DNA of 64,000 bases from contig OY760935.1 of the NCBI GenBank assembly GCA_963664295.1, positions 864,001-928,000 of the forward strand, given 5' to 3'. The translations under genes were made by a program, and so were the position numbers. Under the pieces are notes generated by a model. It made no database searches. It was not told the origin of the DNA and saw only the letters and a program-made list of their open reading frames with translations. This DNA comes from Candidatus Altimarinota bacterium. GTDB taxonomy: Bacteria > Patescibacteriota > Gracilibacteria > CAIRYL01 > GCA-016699755. This document shows, in pieces, positions 57,906 through 64,000 of the stretch (its first letter is position 1; each line of letters begins with the position of its first letter).

Positions 57906-58463
57906 TCAAAAAGGATATTTAGCAGGAGTCAATTCTTTACTAAAAATTTCCTGCCTACTTAGTGAAGCAAATAAAATTTCTCTTATTTTTTCAGCAATAT
58001 CAATAAGTTGATCAGCCAACTTATTTATCTTTTTTTCAAGCTTACTGTCGCAAAAATGCGTAATGCAAACAATTGGCCTTCTTGCTTCTTGAATAAGACA
58101 ACCGATTTGCGGATCCAAAAAACAACAATAAGGACATTTTTCAGATTGATCTTCTATTAGTCTCATTATTTTTTCTTCTTCTGCTTGAGAAATTTCAAAA
58201 AGCATAATTGCAAGATCAACCTTATGTATTAGAAATTCTTGTGTTTCAATTTCACAACAAGCACCCTGACAGTTAATACATTTCTTTTGATGATTACCTT
58301 CTTTTGCAATTTGGGCTATTTGTTTTTCTATTGTTTCAACTTCTTGCATTATTGCTCTCATTTGCATGTTTTCTGAAAACGAAAAACCACTTATTGCTTT
58401 TTTAACAACTTCTGCCTTTTTTGCCACATTTGATTTATCGCACTTTGTAAAGCCTAAAAACAC
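57906..58463 (-). CDS. YkgJ-like CxxCxxxCC cysteine-cluster protein (paralog 1); start uncertain
   Basis: CINCQGACC, CCFLDPQIGC, RRPIVCITHFC. Confidence 0.7.
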   Translation of the reverse strand: MFLGFTKCDKSNVAKKAEVVKKAISGFSFSENMQMRAIMQEVETIEKQIAQIAKEGNHQKKCINCQGACCEIETQEFLIHKVDLAIMLFEISQAEEEKIMRLIEDQSEKCPYCCFLDPQIGCLIQEARRPIVCITHFCDSKLEKKINKLADQLIDIAEKIREILFASLSRQEIFSKELTPAKYPF

Positions 58464-58636
58464 ACTTTTTTTTAAAAGGAAGATATCCTAACAGAAAAAC
58501 AAAATTTTGCAACAATTATATCTTAAGTAAGCTCTAGTTTTCTGTGATATACGTTTTCTAAAATATTACTAATTTTCATGTAGGCTTCACTGAGCATGCT
58601 TGCTAAATGGCTAGCTTTATCTGCCAAATAAAAAAA

Positions 58637-59128
58637 CTACCTCCCCTCAAGGATTAATAAAATATCTATATAGATCGCTCTCAACTTACTTACTAAAACA
58701 GATGTTATATCAACAAGATCGGTTGTGCAAAAAAATGTTTTACAGACTAATGGCCTGCGCACATCAGAGATAATACAGCCAATTTGCGGATCTAAAAAAC
58801 AACAATATTCTTGTTTTGGATCAAATTCCTCAATAGTAGTAAGAATTTTTTCCTTTTCCACAATGCTAATCTCAAACAAAACCACATAAAGATCAGCTAT
58901 GTCTATATGGCTTTCTGGCATTCTTGCAACACAACAAGACTCTTTGCAAATAGTGCATTTTTCTTGAAGACCAAAATTTAGCATGATTTCATTTATGCGT
59001 TTTTGTATGCTTTCAATTTCTTCTAACAACTTACTGAGCTCTTCTTTTTTTTCTTTAGACAATCTTTTTTCCGCTTGCTTTAAGGTATTAAGATTAATTT
59101 TTATGTTTGAACTTAATGCTTCAGACAT
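58637..59128 (-). CDS. YkgJ-like CxxCxxxCC cysteine-cluster protein (paralog 2)
   Basis: CTICKESCC, CCFLDPQIGC, RRPLVCKTFFC. Confidence 0.72.
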   Translation of the reverse strand: MSEALSSNIKINLNTLKQAEKRLSKEKKEELSKLLEEIESIQKRINEIMLNFGLQEKCTICKESCCVARMPESHIDIADLYVVLFEISIVEKEKILTTIEEFDPKQEYCCFLDPQIGCIISDVRRPLVCKTFFCTTDLVDITSVLVSKLRAIYIDILLILEGR

Positions 59129-59187
59129 TGCAATAACATAATGGTCATATACTGTACCACAAAAATATATATTTACAAGATGTTAAA

Positions 59188-60441
59188 CTATGTGCTTCTT
59201 AGCGCAACAATTGGATCCATTTTTGCTGCTTTTTTTGCTGGAGCATAGCCAAAAACAATACCCAAAAACACTGAAATACCAAAAGCCAGCTCAATACTAT
59301 TTGCTTGTAAAATAAACGGCCACTCAAAACCTAAAACACCGGCCACAAAACTAACTAACCAAGAAATACCTATGCCAATTAAGGCTCCTACAATTCCTCC
59401 AATCACTGAAACCACTACTGCTTCTGCTAAAAATTGAAAACGAATTGCAAATGGTTTTGCTCCAACTGCTTTTTTCAACCCTATCTCTTTTGTGCGCTCT
59501 GTGACAGCCACATACATAACATTCATAATTCCCACGCCACCAACTACTAAAGAAATAAATGCAATAGAAAGCAAAAGCAAAGATATGCCATATGTGACAG
59601 TATCTATAATTTCCATGGATTCTTCCATAGTTTGTACTGTGAAATCATCTTTTTCTGGATCACGAATATTATGACTTCTTCTTAATTTTCTTTCGATTAA
59701 ACTTACTGTTTGGGAAGTAAGGCGAGTATCTTCAAGTTTTACCATTATGTTTGTCACATAATCTGTACCTAAGATTTTTTTCTGGGCAGTTCGCACAGGA
59801 AGATAAATCATGTCGTCCATGTCCATAAAAAACTGCATACCTCGCTCTTCCATTATTCCTATTACTTTAAAATTTTGTTGTTTTATTTTTACTTGTTGAC
59901 CAATTGCATTCATACCACCAAATAGATCCTCTTTTATTCCTTTTCCTAAGATTACAACTTGTTGCAGTGCTTTATCTTCCTTTTCTGTAAAAAATCTTCC
60001 TTCTTCAATTGTTACATTTTCCATTGCTGGATATTCGTAGGTACTTGCCCAAAAAATTGATGTTTTTTCTTTATTTTTATAGATTATTTTTTCTTGCCCC
60101 ATACTCAAAGCATAGGTTTCTTGAACATTAAAAATATCTTTTATATCTTCAGAGTCTTGTATTTTCATTGTTGTCACCTGCACTCCACTTGCTAATGCTG
60201 TTGCTGTATTTGCATCTTTTTCTCTTTTGCTACCACTGGTGGGCACACGCACTTCAACATAGACCATATCTGCTGTCACTGTTGAAAGTTGCTTCAAAAC
60301 AAAAGCCCGAATACCAGCTCCCACAGACAAAACAATAATTACAATCGCAGTTCCCACAATAATACCTAAAGCAGTAAGAATTGATCTTAATTTATTTTCT
60401 TTTAAGGCCCGCAATGACATCTTAAAAACTCCCAAGTACAT
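59188..60441 (-). CDS. MacB/FtsX-type ABC transporter permease
   Basis: [59 protein letters not shown]. Confidence 0.93.
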   Translation of the reverse strand: [417 protein letters not shown]

Positions 60442-61682
60442 TATTCGTATCTTAAAGCATCAATAGGGTTGAGGTGTGCTGCCTTACGTGCAGGATAAAT
60501 ACCAAAAACAACACCAATTAAAACAGAAACAGAAAAAGAAACAACAATCGCTAAGGGCGTAATAACAAAATCCCAATCATAATCAAGATAATTCGCAATC
60601 ACTGCGACAAGATAAGACAAAACAACACCACCAATAATTCCCATTGAACCACCTAAGCCTGTCATTACTAAAGCCTCAAGAATAAATTGATTTTTTATTT
60701 GTTTTGGCGTAGCACCAATAGCCTTTTTTAACCCTATTTCACGAGTGCGTTCTTTGACGCTCATTAGCATAATATTGGTAATACCAATACCACCAACCAC
60801 CAAAGAAACTGCAGCAATTGCAGCGAGAAAAAGCCTAATTCCATCAGTAACAGACTTAAAAATGTCCAAAGCTTTGCTTAATGTGCTTATTGTAAAATCA
60901 TCGTCATCATCGCCTGGTCGAATACCGTGTCGATATCGTAATGTATTTTTTATTCTCTGCACCACTAAATCAACATTTTCTTCTTTATCAACTTTTAATC
61001 TGATTATACCAACATGATGCACACCAAGAAGTATTTTTTGTGATGTTGCTAGTGGCACAAAAATTTGATTATCTGGATTGTTAATCATCGTTGAGCCTTT
61101 GCGCTCCAAAACTCCAATTATTGTAAAACTTTGATCTTTTATGCGAATTTTTTTACCAATTGGATCAGAAAGAGGAAAAAACTCTTCTTTCATTTCAATT
61201 CCCAAAACTGCCAATCTGGCTCCTGATCTTTCTTCTTGCTCTGTAAAAAATCGTCCTTCCGCAATTTGGTGATTGTGCACTGCTGTATAGCCTGATGTCA
61301 CTCCACTAAAATTAATTCCTACGGATTTATTGCCATAAACAGCATCACCAGCACCATTGGAAAATGCAACCATTGCTTCAATATTGGGCAATTTTTCCAA
61401 TGCTTTTGCATCTTCATAAGTTAAGGTTGTAATCACCATTCCAAAGGCAGAGGCTGGTGGACCACCATCTTCGTCACCACCGCCAGGAATTACAGCCACA
61501 AGATTTGTTCCTATTTTTTGAATTGAACCAGTAATCAAACTTTGCGCACCTGCTCCAATCGACATAATCGCAATCACAGATCCCACACCAATAATAATTC
61601 CTAACATTGTTAAAAAAGCACGCATTTTGTTTTCAAAAATGCCACCCAAAGCAAGCCGGATCACCAAAAGTGTGCCTTTCAT
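60441..61682 (-). CDS. MacB/FtsX-type ABC transporter permease
   Basis: RAFLTMLGIIIGVGSVI, VGGIGITNIMLMSVKERTREIG, PARKAAHLNPIDALRYE. Confidence 0.95.
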   Translation of the reverse strand: MKGTLLVIRLALGGIFENKMRAFLTMLGIIIGVGSVIAIMSIGAGAQSLITGSIQKIGTNLVAVIPGGGDEDGGPPASAFGMVITTLTYEDAKALEKLPNIEAMVAFSNGAGDAVYGNKSVGINFSGVTSGYTAVHNHQIAEGRFFTEQEERSGARLAVLGIEMKEEFFPLSDPIGKKIRIKDQSFTIIGVLERKGSTMINNPDNQIFVPLATSQKILLGVHHVGIIRLKVDKEENVDLVVQRIKNTLRYRHGIRPGDDDDDFTISTLSKALDIFKSVTDGIRLFLAAIAAVSLVVGGIGITNIMLMSVKERTREIGLKKAIGATPKQIKNQFILEALVMTGLGGSMGIIGGVVLSYLVAVIANYLDYDWDFVITPLAIVVSFSVSVLIGVVFGIYPARKAAHLNPIDALRYE

Positions 61683-62371
61683 TTTTTGTGCTTATTTATT
61701 TTATCTTCAAGGACTAACCCGTCTTTAATTACAATAATTCTATCTGTGTATTCTGCAACTTCTGGGTCATGGGTCACCATAATTATTGTTTTTCCTTGCT
61801 TATTTAGTTCACAAAATATTTTCATCACCTCTTCTCCTGATTTTGTGTCCAAATTTCCTGTTGGCTCATCTGCAAAAATAACTTTTGGCTCATTCACAAG
61901 AGCTCTAGCTATTGATACTCTTTGTTGCTGACCACCTGATAATTCATTTGGCTTATGGTGAACACGTTCACCCAAACCGACTGCTTCTAAAGATTTCAAT
62001 GCTTTTTGATCTTGCTCAGCTGAGCTTGTATGAGCATAAATCATTGGCAATTTCACATTATCCAAAGCAGATAGTTTTGGAAGCAAATAAAATTGCTGAA
62101 AAACAAAACCTATTTTTTTGTTACGAATTTCCGCTAAAGCTTCTTCGTCAAAATCCTCTACTTTTATGCTATCAAAATAATATTCACCAGCTGTGGGGCT
62201 GTCTAAAAATCCCATCAAATTCATCAATGTTGATTTACCTGAACCAGAAGGACCCATAATAGCAACGAATTCTCCTTTTTGAATTTCTAAAGAAACTCCT
62301 TTTAAAACTTTTGTTTCAACTGTGCCAACATGATAGGTTTTTTCAATATTTTTAACCCTTATTAAGCTCAT
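61679..62371 (-). CDS. ABC transporter ATP-binding protein (MacB/LolD-like)
   Basis: GPSGSGKST, LSGGQQQRV, IFADEPTGNLD, MVTHD; start placed at MSLIRV (62392 also possible). Confidence 0.95.
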   Translation of the reverse strand: MSLIRVKNIEKTYHVGTVETKVLKGVSLEIQKGEFVAIMGPSGSGKSTLMNLMGFLDSPTAGEYYFDSIKVEDFDEEALAEIRNKKIGFVFQQFYLLPKLSALDNVKLPMIYAHTSSAEQDQKALKSLEAVGLGERVHHKPNELSGGQQQRVSIARALVNEPKVIFADEPTGNLDTKSGEEVMKIFCELNKQGKTIIMVTHDPEVAEYTDRIIVIKDGLVLEDKINKHKK

Positions 62372-62375
62372 ATTT

Positions 62376-64000
62376 TTATTGTTTTTTTTCATACAAAATC
62401 ACCTCTTCTCCTTCTGTTAAACCGCTCATAACCTCTAAAGAGTCTTCACCCTCAAGCCCTACTGCGACTTTTTTTTCTTTTTTTTCACCATTTTCCAAAA
62501 CAAAAACTAAGCTATTTTCATCTTCATAATTTATTGCCTCTGGAGGCAAAGTAAGTACATTTTCTCTTTGATCCGCCAAAATATCCATGTCTGCCGTCAT
62601 GCCAGATTTCACATCAACTGGCTCTTCTTCAAATAAAACCGTAGTTTGGTAATAAATCACACCCTGCACTACTGTTTCTGCTGGATCAACTTCCAATACT
62701 TTTGCTTTAAAATGTTGATCCAAAGGAAAAGCATCAAGGGTCAAATCAACATTATCTTCTGGGCTAACACCAACAATATCAGTTTCTGAAATATTTGCTT
62801 TAATATGTAATTGGTCTGTCATCATTACAATAATATTTTGACTACTTAAAACATTTTCACCAACATCAGCATTAACATCAGTCACAATGCCATCAACTGG
62901 CGCACGAATAACCATATCTTCATAATTTTTTACAGCCTGATTATATGTAGCCTGCGCTTGCGCAACGCCTGCCTTCAAAGAAGCAACATCAACTTCCCTG
63001 GGCTTAGCAATCAAGCTTTCATGACTTGCTTTTGTTTGCTCTAATCTTACTTTATTTATTTCTATTTCCATTTCTACTGCATCCAAAAGAGTTTGATTTT
63101 CAACTTTTGTTGTTTCTAGGTTTTTTTGAGCTGTCTTGAGACTATTTTTTGCTCTATCTATAGTAGAAACTGCGGTGTCTACCTCTTTTGTTCCTCCTAT
63201 TTCTGCTGTGGCGATTTCTAATTTTGCATTTTCAATAGACTGCTGAGTCAATTCAACAGAATTAATATTACTTGTTAATGATGATTTTTCTGTAATTATT
63301 TTTGTTTTTAGTGTTTCTACTTCTGTGGCAGGCAATTGGCTATTTTCAACAGAATTATCAAGTAAATAATAAACTTGATCCATTAAATCCTTTGTTTCTG
63401 TTAATACAGTTTTTGCATTTTGTAATAAAAGCACTGCCTCTTCATTGCTCCAATTATTTTGCAAATTTTCATAATTATTCTTAAATTTTTTATAATTTGT
63501 TTTATTTAATATAAACATATTTTTGGCTGTATTTTTCGCTGGCCAATCTTTTACTCCAATTAAGCTTTTATAGTTATTATCAATTTTTGCATCAACTCCC
63601 AAAACTGAATCTGCTGATGTTATTGCGCTTTCTAGTGCATTTAAATTGTTTAACAAAGCTGTATGAGTATTTTTATAGCCATCATCAAGTTTTTTTTGGG
63701 CTTTTTCCAAGCTATTTTCACTAGATGAACTAGAGCTATCACCTTGTTTCAAGCTATTTTCAAGCTCTATTTCTGCATTTTCCACTACTAATTCTGCTTG
63801 TTGCAGTTTTTCTTGATTTGATTTTTTGGTGTTTTCTAATTTTTTATATGAATTTGCTAAATTAACTTCTGCTTCTTGAATTTTTGCTTCTGAAATGCGT
63901 ACTTCTTCATCACTTGGTCCAGCATATTTTAAATTTAAATTAGCCTGCGCTTGCGCAAGAGCTGCTTTTGCCTGCGAAATACTAATTAAAGATAAATCGC
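62376..64000 (-). CDS. MacA-like membrane-fusion/periplasmic adaptor subunit, 5'-truncated by window edge
   Basis: Long coiled coil, IRAPVDGIV, ISETDI, VDPAETVVQGVIYY, KSGMTAD, SGLTEGEEV; frame open to the window end. Confidence 0.9.
   Translation of the reverse strand, partial: DLSLISISQAKAALAQAQANLNLKYAGPSDEEVRISEAKIQEAEVNLANSYKKLENTKKSNQEKLQQAELVVENAEIELENSLKQGDSSSSSSENSLEKAQKKLDDGYKNTHTALLNNLNALESAITSADSVLGVDAKIDNNYKSLIGVKDWPAKNTAKNMFILNKTNYKKFKNNYENLQNNWSNEEAVLLLQNAKTVLTETKDLMDQVYYLLDNSVENSQLPATEVETLKTKIITEKSSLTSNINSVELTQQSIENAKLEIATAEIGGTKEVDTAVSTIDRAKNSLKTAQKNLETTKVENQTLLDAVEMEIEINKVRLEQTKASHESLIAKPREVDVASLKAGVAQAQATYNQAVKNYEDMVIRAPVDGIVTDVNADVGENVLSSQNIIVMMTDQLHIKANISETDIVGVSPEDNVDLTLDAFPLDQHFKAKVLEVDPAETVVQGVIYYQTTVLFEEEPVDVKSGMTADMDILADQRENVLTLPPEAINYEDENSLVFVLENGEKKEKKVAVGLEGEDSLEVMSGLTEGEEVILYEKKQ

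Noticed and set aside
58464-58636. Possible ncRNA between the cysteine-cluster paralogs
   Set aside because: No convincing stem-loop or recognisable RNA family motif by eye
59188-64000. Two tandem permeases in the ABC exporter as a novelty
   Set aside because: Adaptor-ATPase-permease-permease MacAB-type operons are common

Overview
AT-rich, gene-dense bacterial chromosome segment read in the standard code (TGA behaves as stop). It is most consistent with a Patescibacteria/CPR organism, probably Peregrinibacteria-like; this is inferred from the near absence of Shine-Dalgarno motifs, the short RpsG N-terminus, SLH/LPXTG surface proteins and scattered pur genes. Core genes: yhhQ-tgt, a UvrD helicase, purL, rsmI, purD, rpoB-ssb-rpoC-rpsL-rpsG, trxA, RNase HI, secD, an ECF sigma/anti-sigma locus, an alpha-glucan operon (GT4-GH57-GH15-ROK-GT35), surface proteins, a beta-carbonic anhydrase and a MacAB-type ABC exporter. 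The strongest unexplained signal is an exact 55-bp direct repeat (7093-7147 = 14002-14056) that copies the 3' end of a conserved gene up to its stop codon. It brackets a 6.9-kb integrase-less island encoding only a giant MoxR-type AAA+ ATPase and a HExxH/acidic-linker/vWA partner. Other notable items: a synthetase-only RelA/SpoT homolog overlapping an output-less PAS x5-GAF sensor, a shared ECF-type promoter motif, ssb inserted between rpoB and rpoC, SecD with parvulin-like inserts and a Chlamydia-type Tgt. No rRNA, tRNA, CRISPR array or transposase was recognised. All calls come from motif reading, with no database search.
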